Below are positions 52,731-64,000 of a DNA stretch of 64,000 nt, piece after piece; position 1 is the first letter of the stretch; each line of letters begins with the position of its first letter. The stretch spans positions 51,710,001 to 51,774,000 of the forward strand of contig NC_045696.1 in NCBI RefSeq assembly GCF_009834535.1, read 5' to 3'. Source of the stretch: Camelus ferus. Its lineage: Eukaryota. The translations under genes and the position numbers were made by a program. Under the pieces are notes generated by a model. It saw only the letters and a list, made by a program, of their open reading frames with translations. It was not told the origin of the DNA and made no database searches.

Positions 52731-54349
52731 GAAAGCTAATTAAATAGTTAAACCTTGTAGCGTTTTTACAGTCTTTTAGAGATTTTTAGCCTAAGTTTGT
52801 GGACTAGAGAGAGGCAGATTAAAAACAGGACTTCTTTTAACTCAGAGACCCACTACTATGACTTTCTTCACACAAACATGTAAGAAAGGCAGGAATAATA
52901 GAAAGAAGATTTCCATACCCTTCCATCATACCCGAGTTACCCTATAAACCAGCAAAGAACCACCAGAGCTGGTCTCAGAGTGAACATTCTCACATTCTAT
53001 TCCTTCAATTGGGCCTGCTTTGAAACAAAATTGAATCAATGGAAAAGAAAGGATTTTTGCAGAGATAACAGGAGCTTTGCTCACTGCTGTTCCTTCTATA
53101 ACCTCTGCAAAAGAAAAGTTTAAAAAAAAGTCCCTAATGTCTAAATCTATAGAAACTCTAGGCCTGTGGTTTTCATTCCTTCCTAGGTATAACCGTAAGG
53201 GCTTGCATTTATTTTAAGTGTTTTATTTTCCATTGACATTCAAATGAGACTTCCCCCTCAACTAATCAGTTGCTTTGATTTCTTGGTCTTAAAATTCATC
53301 CTTCAATGTGTTCTACAATTCTTCAACATTAGTAATAACTTCCTATAGCAACTGTGGTCCTTTTTCTTTCCCTGGTGATATATTTATCATCTATTACACA
53401 AGCCTCCTCTTTGCTTCCTCCCTTTGCACCACCAGCTCTAACATCTTAAATTTTCATTTGACATACTGCTTACCTAAATTATTTCATGTGTGTTCCCATC
53501 CATGGAAATTCATTTTTGTGTGACATAAATCCCTGCCCTATTCTATTTCACAGTAATAAAGCTTTATACTGAATTGCCGAAGAGATAGGTAACCAACCAC
53601 GCAGTTTAAATTAAGTGCAAGATACACATGTTTGAATATTCCTCTCTCTGTCTAAGATGTGTAGAGACAGGTCCTGTTTGTGTCTGAGCATTCTGTCATC
53701 TTATTCAAACTGTTGGAGTTAAATCACATAAGAGCAGCTTTCTCATTCTGAGTGAAAAGTAACTTCTGCTATGAAAAAATAAAAAGCACAGTAATGAAAT
53801 AATACGTGCATTAAAAAACTCTTTATAAATAATGATTACAGTTGGGTTCAGCCTATGAACGAAGCACATGCCAGTGAGATGAAGACTCATCCAGGGTTGG
53901 CATTCTCACTGATCGCTGTCCCTCAGTACCTTCAGTGGTTTCCGGTCCTTGTCCACGCTAACCTTTGTTAGTTGCTGTAGCCATGGCAAATATCCTGTTT
54001 ATTGGATTTTATTAGCATTTTAAATTTTGACATTTGGAAAAAAGCACAATCCTTCTTCTTTTTCATCCTGTCATTTTTAATGTATAAGTGTCCATGCTCT
54101 TTCCAATTTTAAGTTTCTCTCTCCTAGCTTTAGAAGATTATAATTTTGGAAAATCACAATTATATTGCTAGCTTGTAGCCAGAACATATCAATTCCATAT
54201 AGCAACATTTTAGTCTGAGGCCTTATTCATACAACTTAAGTACCAAGGTTTACGTCTGTCTCAATTATTTGGCATTTTTGGTGAAATGAATTTTCATCTG
54301 AACCAACCATTTAATTATGCTGATCCTCCACCACTTTGGGTGATATAAT

Positions 54350-54568
54350 AGTTATAATGCTAGATATCTGCAGAGCACTGTAAAGTTTTCAAAAGGCTGC
54401 CATATACATAGTTCTTATTTGATGCTCAATATATGTTGCGGCACAAGCAATCAGATATTACACCATTTTATAGATAAAGAAACATAGGGACAGAGTATTA
54501 CTCTGGTCACACATGTTAGCAGCAAGGCCAGAACAAACTCCTATTCCAGGGTCCTTTCCACTACATCA

Positions 54569-54569
<1 letters not shown>
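54350..54569 (-). mobile_element. MIR SINE
   Basis: ccattttatagataaagaaacatagggacagag...ggtcacacatgttag...ccagggtcctttccactacatcac. Confidence 0.6.

Positions 54570-54659
<90 letters not shown>
54570..54659. repeat. (ATT)n microsatellite, about 30 units with one 1-bp interruption
   Basis: Read directly; it explains the poly-Ile/Leu ORF at 54513-54758. Confidence 0.95.
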
Positions 54660-54663
<4 letters not shown>

Positions 54664-57600
54664 TTACTTGCCATGGCAAACTTATTGTTGCTTTTCAAAA
54701 ATCCAAGCATCATGCCCTGCTCTGCACTGCACCAATACTCTTGTCATATTCTATTTGATCTCTTCACTAGGTTGTCCCCATCCTTCCTGTCCTCACTAGA
54801 CTGTGAACTACTCGAGGACAATGTTTCATCCGTGTCTCTGTCTCTAGCCCCTGGTGAGATCATACCATGTGTTAGCCTGTGAGTGACTGCACTGTAAGTG
54901 TTCATCTTCTCTTAGTTGTAAACTGTTTTCAACCCAGGATTTTTAAGAAAATGTTATAAGTGTTAGTATCATCTGAGAGGAAGGCATTTCATTGATGTCA
55001 CAAGTAGGAGAATGGAAAAATCAGGAGAGTGAATATGGTTTATTTGAGAGTATCTGGTGACTCAGTGGCAGAGATAGGAAACAAAACACCCCAGGGATCT
55101 CAGGCTACATCTCTACCACCACAGCCAACTGCCCTGGGACCAGGCAGATTGTGGGGGCTGTGGGAGCAGCATGAACAATATTTCCATATCCCGTGTGCAG
55201 GCGACAATTGCTTAAAAGAACTGTGGCAAACTGGACATTTTGTTCCCTTCTAATTTGTCTGTGTTCCTGCAGCCATGTCTCCACTTCTGAACACTAATCA
55301 CTTCTCTAGGTGAGCTTAAGTACCTAATTATTAAGAGCCCTCCAAATTTCTAGTGCCATCTTCAGTATAGTTAGTGCCCTTTCTGTCCCATTTGCCCCCT
55401 GTGCTTGGTACTGAATCAGTAGAGCAAATATCTCTAATGAAGAATCATGACACAGGGTTAAATTTACAAATTAAGCAATTCCTTTCGTTTTTATGTCAAT
55501 TCCTTTCATCTTTGAATTCCCGTCCTCCATTTGCTTAAAATATATCCCACTGTGAAACTAAAAAACAATGCTACTATGACAGTTCAAGAGAAATACTGAA
55601 GCTTAGGCCATTTTCCAGAGACTCTTGTCACCTGTAAGCTCTTGCATATAGCATCTGATAACCTAGGCATCCAGGGAACGGTAGGACAATACATTAGCAG
55701 ATTTAATATTAATCTCTAGAATCCCAGATTTATTCCTGTCCAGGTTAAGTGCTTTTTTGATTATTATAGCAAAAAAAGAATACAAAAAAATCGATTATAA
55801 CCATTAATGGAGGCTTAAAATATTAACTTCCATAGCTTCAACCCAATATCTATAATTAAATGCAAAAAAGCTAAGTTAATGCAATGTTAAGGTTGAGCTT
55901 CTAATTGCACAGAAGTCATGAAATTTAAAATTTCTAGTGCCACTGTCTGTCAGTTCTACAACATTCCTAATGTGATTTTCTACAGTATATGTTTCATTTA
56001 AATATGTCTGTTCCAGAATTCCTAGGACAGACTATAAAGTACAATAGATTGGAAGGCAACCTGTAGGTGTCTACTTAGAGGTTTTATATTATCAACAGGA
56101 CTGGAAAAGTGTAATTCGTTTTAAATTACAATGCCCCATTTGAGTGATTACCGAATTCCTGTTTAGGAATTTGTCCATTTCCCTATAAATCCTTTAACTT
56201 TCACTTCTAGCCATCCCTTGGAGAAGAAAAGAGAATTAACGGAAAAACAAAAACAAAACCACCTGTGGGCTGGGGTAGTACATATGGGTCTGCTCTTCCA
56301 ATATATGACAAAAGGTATTCATGCAAAACCGCTACTTAAGAAACTCAGAATATTCAGACTTATGGGCATATCTAACAGAACAAGCAAGGCCTCTACAGAT
56401 GGACAGGTAGGGATTCAAATCCTTTCAATGCTACTTACTAGCCAAAGTGGCTTTGGGCAAATTACAACCCCTCTGAGATTACTGTCAGAATAACTATGCC
56501 CATTTGTAGGGTTACGGTTACTAAATGAAGTGATATATGTACTGCAAGCATTGCAAAGCTCTCTTGGCATTTACAGTACCATCTCAACTATTCCCATTAG
56601 AGAATGAATAACCATAATTTAACCATTATTTGGTTGTCCACATGTATTTCTGAAACACAAAAAATAATTTAAAATTATTTTATTGAAAGGTACATAGAGA
56701 TGTTACATATATTTTTTCATAGTAGTTTCGTTATGTTAGGTATGTGTCTGTGGCTTATTACTGAGCATCCAGATGTGTTCAATACACGATGCATACGGTA
56801 TGTCAGCTAATTCTAAAGGAAGATGAGTGAAATGAATTCTTGGATACTGGGCTACCATGCTCAATTATTTTCTTCAAATTTTATGAAACATTTGTGTCTA
56901 AATAGAGAATGTGCTGGGGAAATTCTAGTCCAACATGCAATTTAGAGAGAAAGTTATAAATCATAAATATAAGGGCTTAAAGCTAAAGTGCCACCTCAAC
57001 CAAAACAATCATAAAAACTCCTAAGTGCACTCTGGCAGGAATAAATAAAAGCAGCAAAGCCTGTTGTGGATGGTGCAGAGCCCAGGAAGGTAACCAAGTG
57101 AGTAAACACCTAAGGCAGGATTATCCTCATTTGGGAGGAATCCATTCCAGACAGGAATGAAAGGGGCTGGGGGGAGGGAAGGAGAATGGTGGTTGGGAGG
57201 AAGAGCTTTTGCATCTGAAAGCAGCTAAGTTACCTTGTGGAATGAAAAGGAAATTTGTTTTCCCCTGTCAACAGTAATCTTGTTTGAGGTCTAGCAGACT
57301 GGTATACAAAAGATACATGTGTTCCACCTACTTGGTTTTTCTCCTCTGGCAGTTAGGTACACAGGCAAAGTTCAGGTGAATCAGACCCACTCAGAATAAC
57401 ATGGCCAAATTCCTTCCCAAAGGTATAAATACCGATTCTTCAATAGTTTTATTCAATAGACTGATGCTTTATTGCACAGTTCCTGGCACGTTCACAGCCA
57501 GGATTTGTTCCTGGGTGTACCACAATGCAATAAAGGGGTTTAAATGAATGGTGAAGAGATTTATACCCAACTCATGAATCATAATTGATGATTACTGAAA

Positions 57601-59269
57601 CCAAAAAGTCCCCCACACATGTAATACCTAGAAAAACATAAATAACCAATAATTTCTGAGTCCTTTTGGCTCTCCCTGTATTAAATCCATGGTATAGGTG
57701 AGTTTTCGAACAGAGAGGAGCAGTTGGATCAGTGGCCTCAGCATCACGTATCACCTCTAACTTCCTGTGATGTGGAACACATTGCCTATCTTCTTAGCAC
57801 TTCATCTTCTTAACAATTAATTAATTGACTATAAAACCTTTAGCTAATACATATTCTATTAGAAAATGGCCTGTTTTCAGAATAAGTCAAGGACCCTGGT
57901 TAGCTACACCCAAAGACTTATACTCTCCAAACTTTTTTTTAACAACATCATCATGTATTTACAATAATACAGTTCACATTTTTAAGACCAAGAAGAAAGC
58001 TAAGGTTTCAGTGGTCATAAAGACAAAAATGAAAGCAATGGCTACTTTCTGAGAGAGGAAAGACTTCTTTATTTTATGATAGCTCAACTCAAAAACTCTT
58101 GAAGTCCTTTTTTTTTAAAGATTTTCATACAAAACTTACCTTTAAGAGTAAGCGTGAAAAAAATCTCAGGAAACAGGTAAATATTGTTATCTTAAACACT
58201 CCCTCCTTACTCCAGGAAACCTCACAGAACTAAATGACAAATTAGAGGTAATTCATTAATTCATTCAGCAACTATTTATTGAGCACCTACTATGTTTGAC
58301 ACAAGGCAGTGAACAAAAGGGTCCAGGGTTCTGTTCTCTCAGCACAAAACCCCATCTCCTATTACCATTCAGGGAAGATTAGTCATAGCTAAGCTCAGTG
58401 GCTTCGGTTATGAGGTAAATGAAGTTCAGAACAGTGATCACTTATGTTTCATTTCATTAAAGCATTTTGAAATAATAGTTTATTTATATCATTTAAGTGT
58501 TTGGTTACAAATTATCCTTTTGCTAAAACGCTGAGAATTGCCAACTAGAGCCAACTTTAAAATAAGGAAAACAAATCAATTAAAAAAAAACCCCACAGTG
58601 ATTTGGGGGAAGAAATCTATTTTATAAAAAAGATATATTACCTAGCACCAACAAAATTACATACAGTGCTCTTAAAAACTAGATTTTCAAATGTGTAGGG
58701 TATCTCCCAGCTAGTTTGAAAACTCCCTCATTCAGTCTGTATTTACTTAGCGTCTAGATCATGGAAGATAGTACCTCTAGGAGCTACTTTTAGTCTATCA
58801 ATGTATTTAGAGGAATGACTACCTATTTCATGCAGCTACCATGAAGAAACCTTGTCAGAAAACTAAATGAAATAGATCATAAAGTTGATACACACGTTAA
58901 AATACAAGAATTCTGCTCACATCTCTTCTTTCTCCTTGGGTGGCTTTATCCATGAGCATCCCTGTATATGAAGGAGGGAAAACCCCCTTTGGATATTTAT
59001 GCTCCTGGCCAGGCTAGTCACAAAGGAATACGAACTGGATGCTTCTGGCTGCCACAGAAGAACAACAGAAGGCCTTCTGTACATAACTGAAGGGGCTGCA
59101 AGTATCTTTAAAGTATTCAGAATAAAAGCCATTTATTCTCTTTTCAGGGTAATCTGAATGTTGTCCTTCTCAGGACTCTGTTTCCCACATAAACTACCAT
59201 TTGTGTATCACTTTATAGCTTGCAAAATGCTTTCGCGTGTTGTTGTGTTGTTCAGTTAGAAGGTAGCAG

Positions 59270-59465
59270 AGCGGGGACCGAGAGCACTTGTTTTGGCATC
59301 AGAGAGATCAGGCTGTTTACCAAAGTCACTTACTAGCTGCACACTATGTGCAAGCCACTAGGTCATTTTAAACTTTTTTCTTATTTGTAAGTTGGGGATA
59401 ATAATGCCTACCTTGCAGTGAGGTAGAGGTCAGCAAGGTGAGCTATGGTGCAGGTGAGTGTTGCT
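59270..59465 (+). mobile_element. MIR SINE
   Basis: gagcacttgttttggcatcagagagatcagg...cacttactagctg...ttcttatttgtaagttggggataataatgcctaccttgcag. Confidence 0.6.
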
Positions 59466-60444
59466 ATCACTGACAACCCATTGCAGGGACACCAAAGGTT
59501 TCTCAGTAGTGCGTCTCTTTATCAGGCTGGAGGAAGGGGGTCCACACCATCACTCAAGAAGACATAATCCAAGCCTCTGGTTAAAGTAATGTTCTCTTCA
59601 AATCTTTGATCTGAACCATCTTCATAAAATGGTTCTTTAATTCACAGCCAAAACAGGCCTTTCCATATACTCTCAGAGACAGCCCTTCTTTGGGAGCAAG
59701 ATATAAAATTTAATTCTAGGTCTTTTTTAACCCTGAAACTATGTTCCCTGAAGCAATCCATGTGCCTCCATCAGATTTTATTAGGTGGGCTAAAATAGAG
59801 TCAGAAGGAGATTTTCTTACATAATAGCTGTCCCCATGGGACCTTCAGAGAGTCAGTTAAAGTTTCTAAGAAAGAATTTTTGAGATCTATAAGCACAGGA
59901 AAAATGCTGGTGGCCTCCCTCCCTTACTGATTCACTGGTAATTCTCAGGCACTGGGCTGGCAAAACTAGAGTAAAATTGTGCGCAGTGTGAAGTGGTGGG
60001 TGTGGATGTTTTTGGAGCCAGTCAGTCTCTGGCAGCCGACTGAGTCGCACTTGTGCTTTGCTGCCCACTTACATCTTCAGAGAGCAGCCTGGGTGGGGAT
60101 GCTCATCAGATGTGCTCATTTAAGGACAAACCCATTTGAATATTATAACAACATTTGGCAAACTTCCTCTACTGAATGGTGAACCTGGCCCACTGCCTCT
60201 GAGAACGATTGCTTGGCTAGGAAACATAGATCCTTTGATGTTCTTCACATGGTAGACCATATTCAAGGCCTCCCAACTGAACACCCCCGTGTAAGAGTCC
60301 TGTTGCTCAACCACTTTCAAGCTCCTAGCCTGGACCAGTGGGTTACAGATGTGCAGTGAGTCCTTTTGCAGCACATGGCTATTTTTAATCATAACTGGAG
60401 AATCCAAATGTTTTATTGAGACCTAGTGGTCACATACTGCCTTA

Positions 60445-61450
60445 AGAAGCCAGCAAACATTTACTGAAGAACTTCCATGTGGAGAATTCTGTACCATACT
60501 TAAGGAAATGCTTTCTATTCCTCTAAGATGTTTGTAGTCTTGCTGGGAATGAGGGAACAAGAAAACCTATAAAGGCAAAACTACTTAATACTTTTAGATC
60601 AACAGAAAAGTGAGTACTGACAGGATATATAAAGACTTTAGGGTAATAGGATAAGAAAGAATGTGGAAGGGAGTGATGGATCTACAGTTTCTGAAGTGTG
60701 AGAGAGAAGAACGTCACAGAGTGGAGAGAGGGCATGGACAAAGGCGTGGAAGGGGGAAAGGGCCAGTGGCTGACGTGGCTGATGTAGAGAAAGCAGGGCA
60801 ATCAGAGCAGGAGGGTCACTGCAGGTGCATGGAGCCGTACGAGGAACCCACTCATCTGGTCAAGAAGATTGCCAAGAAGTCAAACCAAACCTTCATTCAT
60901 TCTGCTTTAGGGGAAACAGTAGTTGATGGGGACCTTGGAACTGGGGAAGAAAGAGGCCAAGGAGAATAATTCGTAGTGGAGGAGCTTTATAGCCAGATGA
61001 GGAATTTGGGTTTTAATCTATAGGTAGAAAAGAAGAAGCGTATAATCCTAGGCCAGGAAATGAGATGAAGAAAATGATGGGCGAGAGTAATTGTTTTAGA
61101 TGCTTAAAGCTCTGTTTTCTGAAAACAGCCTGAAGGAAGGGTGGCTTATTTCTGACAGTTCAGAAAGGGAATGAGGGCCATCTGCTCAAGGCCCCCTGTG
61201 AGGTCCTGAAAACAAAGAGAAGAAAGAGGCCGAGTGAAGAGATGCCGTTGGGGGTAAACCGGTAGAATTTAGTGACTGACGAAATGCGAAGTGAAGGGCA
61301 AAGGAAGAGAATTTGAAAATGATCCTAGTGCCAGAGCCTGAGGAAAGGGTCTCAAGGACGGTGATGGGAAAAGAAAACGGATTCCTGGAGTGGAAGGTGC
61401 TTTGCGCTGTGATGGGATATCCAAATGATTAGGGGCATGTGTGTGTGTAA
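60445..61450 (-). mobile_element. Degenerate L2 LINE
   Basis: cagcaaacatttactga...ggaatttgggttttaatctatagg...gtagaatttagtgactgac; purine-rich reverse L2 character. Confidence 0.5.
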
Positions 61451-62259
61451 ACTACAGGTCTGCAGATTTAGAAGGAAGCCCCCTTTTCCAAATGTTACCT
61501 AAAAAACAGCTTACAACTTTCATTCAGTTACCAAATATTTATTAAGGGCCCATATATGTGTAAGTTTTACAATACAACTGTGTGTAAAGCTTACAATAAG
61601 GAGACCATGACTGAATGGAAGATAGTGTAAACCTATTTATTTGCAACATTATTTAAAGGGTATATTTTCATTTTTGTATTAATTTTCTATTGTTTATAAT
61701 TCTTAGGCCACTGACATAGTTGTGCTTTCATTAATGAGAGATGCAGTGTCTCAACACAATTTATAATCAAGTAATTTTTCTTAGTGTACTTGGATATCTT
61801 CTTTTCTCTCAAATAGCATTGATGCATTAAAATGAAGCCAATGAATAAGATAGCTCTTTCGGTTAATTTGATTTAAATTTCTACTGAGATCGGTTCTGAT
61901 CGAAAACCTTATGGTTCCCCAGAAGGGATACACGTCTATGTGTGTATTCTATGCCTCACTCAGATTTTGGCTTTATGGCCATGGTATTAGAATGACTATC
62001 AATTATATTGTGGATTCCTGCTTGTTTGGGGTTGAGAAAAAGGAAAATTTACACTTTTTTGCACAAAGCACTGTGCAGGAATCCAATGGCGGCAGCCTCT
62101 GTTCATTCTCAGTTCAGGTACGATGGAAACTTGCGGGGAGCTGACCTGCGGTATTGATCTCTTATGTCAATTCCCTCCTCTCATACAACTGATGTGTAAG
62201 GAGCTGGAGAGCCCCAGGCTCTCAGATAGTCTCAGAATTGAGTTCATCCATAAGTATAA

Positions 62260-63780
62260 CAAAGGAAATCAAGTTTTTAAAACATAGCTGGATTATTTCT
62301 TAAACATTAATATAAAGCAAAAAAAAAATGCATAAAAAATGGATGTAGGAATCTCATTTCTTCATAATTATTAAGACCCAAAAACCTACTTTGAAGAAAA
62401 CTAGTCATGGTTAAGAAAGTAACTTCTTCCCAGTGGTTAAAGAAAAAAGTACTCAAAGAAATAAACAAACATATGGAAACCTCTTAATATACCAAGGTAT
62501 TACTATATTTATTTCTGACCTTTGGCTACTGAGAAAATACGAAGGATGACAATTCTATAGTTATTCTATACAATGGCAGATGCTCCTCTTATTCAAGGAA
62601 ACAAAATCCTTTTATGACATTTCATTAAAAGTCTATCCAACCAAAGAGCATTTTATGTGTTCATTTTAGATAGTCTTGTTCACCAGTCCTTATAACTGTA
62701 AACGAGACCTTTTCTTAGGCAGTCCACCTTGTGTGTTAGTGTGTTGAATACTTTCTTTAAGATGGATTGTGTTAATTTTACAGTACATGATGGTAGAGGG
62801 GGACAATTATACACAATTCTTCTATCAATCGTATATTTCTACTTCCTTTTCTGAAATATATTTAAGTTAATAAAATATATTAAGTTAAATGTTGAAGTTA
62901 AGGCAAAATTCTGTTAAATGTTCAACGTATATCCTCACTGCTGATTTTTGCCACCATGGTACTACGGCTGGTGCCACAATGGCTCCTCATATCTTAAGTC
63001 TATGCAGTACAACCATTCTCCACAACAGCATCATTTTCTTTTTGTAAATAGAAATTTGGCTTTCACACAGCAATTTCCACCAAACTATAAAAGTGCTAAT
63101 GATGCCCAATTTAGGACATAAACAATTTACTACTGTCCTCCTTTGAGCCTTCCTCTTTTTTAATTTCTCTAACTCATTACACTAAGAATATTCTTTCCTG
63201 CAAAGCTGTGGGCAGGGCTGATTTCATAACGGGTAACAAGTTGACTTGTGTTTTTTTTAAACTGATGCTGATATTAGACTTTTGGTTAACCTGTCAGTTA
63301 AGAAGTGTGCCTTGTACTTGACATTTTTGCTGGAGCAATCAACGCCAACTACCCTACTTCTACTATTCTGCTTTTCTCACTGTGCTTTCTCAATTTTCTT
63401 TCTATAAAGTATTCTTTCTACTTTTTTATGACTATATTTTCTTTAACTTTTCTCACTTATCACATCTAATCCTATTTTTCTTATGCAGTTAAAATATTTC
63501 CTGAGTATATTTTAGTTCAGTGGTTAGTTGTATTCATATCACGTATTCCATAGCTTGGTTGATGACTTGCATGGAGCACATACATTTCTCAAACTGATTC
63601 ACAATCACTGTGAAAAAACTGAAGTCCAAACTGCAATTTGATTTGTCTATAGCTTTGTGTAAGCTTGACACTGGACAAGACTGCTATTCTTCAACTCTGT
63701 TTCCTCTTCACTTATGGAGGAAGCCTTGAAGACAGTAAATGTGTTGTTTCAGCTTTGTAACTTTTTTTAGTTGTCTTTGA
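62260..63780 (-). mobile_element. Fossil piggyBac-superfamily (DDD, PF13843-like) transposase, with many stops and frameshifts
   Basis: Motif remnants read by hand on the minus strand, in family order: FTVFK..ISEEETE (63739-63698), IKLQFGL (63642-63622), LRKYFNC (63505-63485), DK*EKLKK (63461-63438), VD..VKYKAH (63343-63305), GHH*HFYS (63107-63084), CGTSR (62978-62964), DRRIVY..STI (62826-62789), KVDCL (62730-62716), K*THKMLFGWIDF (62666-62628). Confidence 0.62.
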
Positions 63781-64000
63781 GGACTTCCATTCACCACTTA
63801 GGAAGAAAATTATAATTTCTTATTTTCCAGTCCCATTCTTGATCTCTTTATTTTCTTCTCATTTGTGTATTTTACCTCCTTTTTAAAAATCATAATTTAT
63901 GAGTTTTCTTTTGAACATATAGAGCTTAAGGTAATTTTTTTCAAAGGGGATCTGGAGTAAAAGGTTCCTAAGCATTTGAAACAAAGGGAGCTCATAGAGT

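Noticed and set aside
54513..54758. Hydrophobic poly-Ile/Leu ORF resembling a membrane peptide
   Set aside because: It is simply the translation of the (ATT)n microsatellite.
62950..62997. Perfect Kozak GCCACCATGG
   Set aside because: It opens only a 13-aa ORF and lies antisense within the piggyBac fossil; likely chance.
1..64000. miRNA seed-like words (tgaggtag, tagcacca, tacagtac, tccctgag) at several positions
   Set aside because: None extends into a mature let-7, miR-29, miR-101 or miR-125 sequence or an evident hairpin.

Overview
AT-rich mammalian (eutherian) non-coding DNA, either intergenic or within a large intron. I can find no recognisable protein-coding exon, RNA gene or CpG island, and almost all listed ORFs look like chance or repeat-derived frames. 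The window is dominated by old interspersed repeats (L2, MIR, L1M, CR1/L3, MLT1 LTRs, MER3, MER20) plus three younger L1 3' ends of cetartiodactyl type. I saw no Alu, B1/B2, Bov-A/tA, CHR, PRE-1 or Can SINE, which suggests a camelid (inference). The most notable hidden signal is a heavily decayed piggyBac-type (DDD) transposase on the minus strand at about 62260-63780. It is absent from the ORF track, but about ten family motifs can be read by eye in the expected order and roughly the expected spacing. Other observations: a perfect 145-bp microhomology-flanked tandem duplication, nested insertions with surviving target-site duplications, a strong CTCF motif, paired Maf/ARE-CRE sites, a duplicated HRE/MRE-like 14-mer, a CpG-enriched promoter-like patch and weak candidate non-coding exons on the minus strand. 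Repeat family names come from recalled consensus features, not from a database search, and boundaries are approximate unless a TSD is given.
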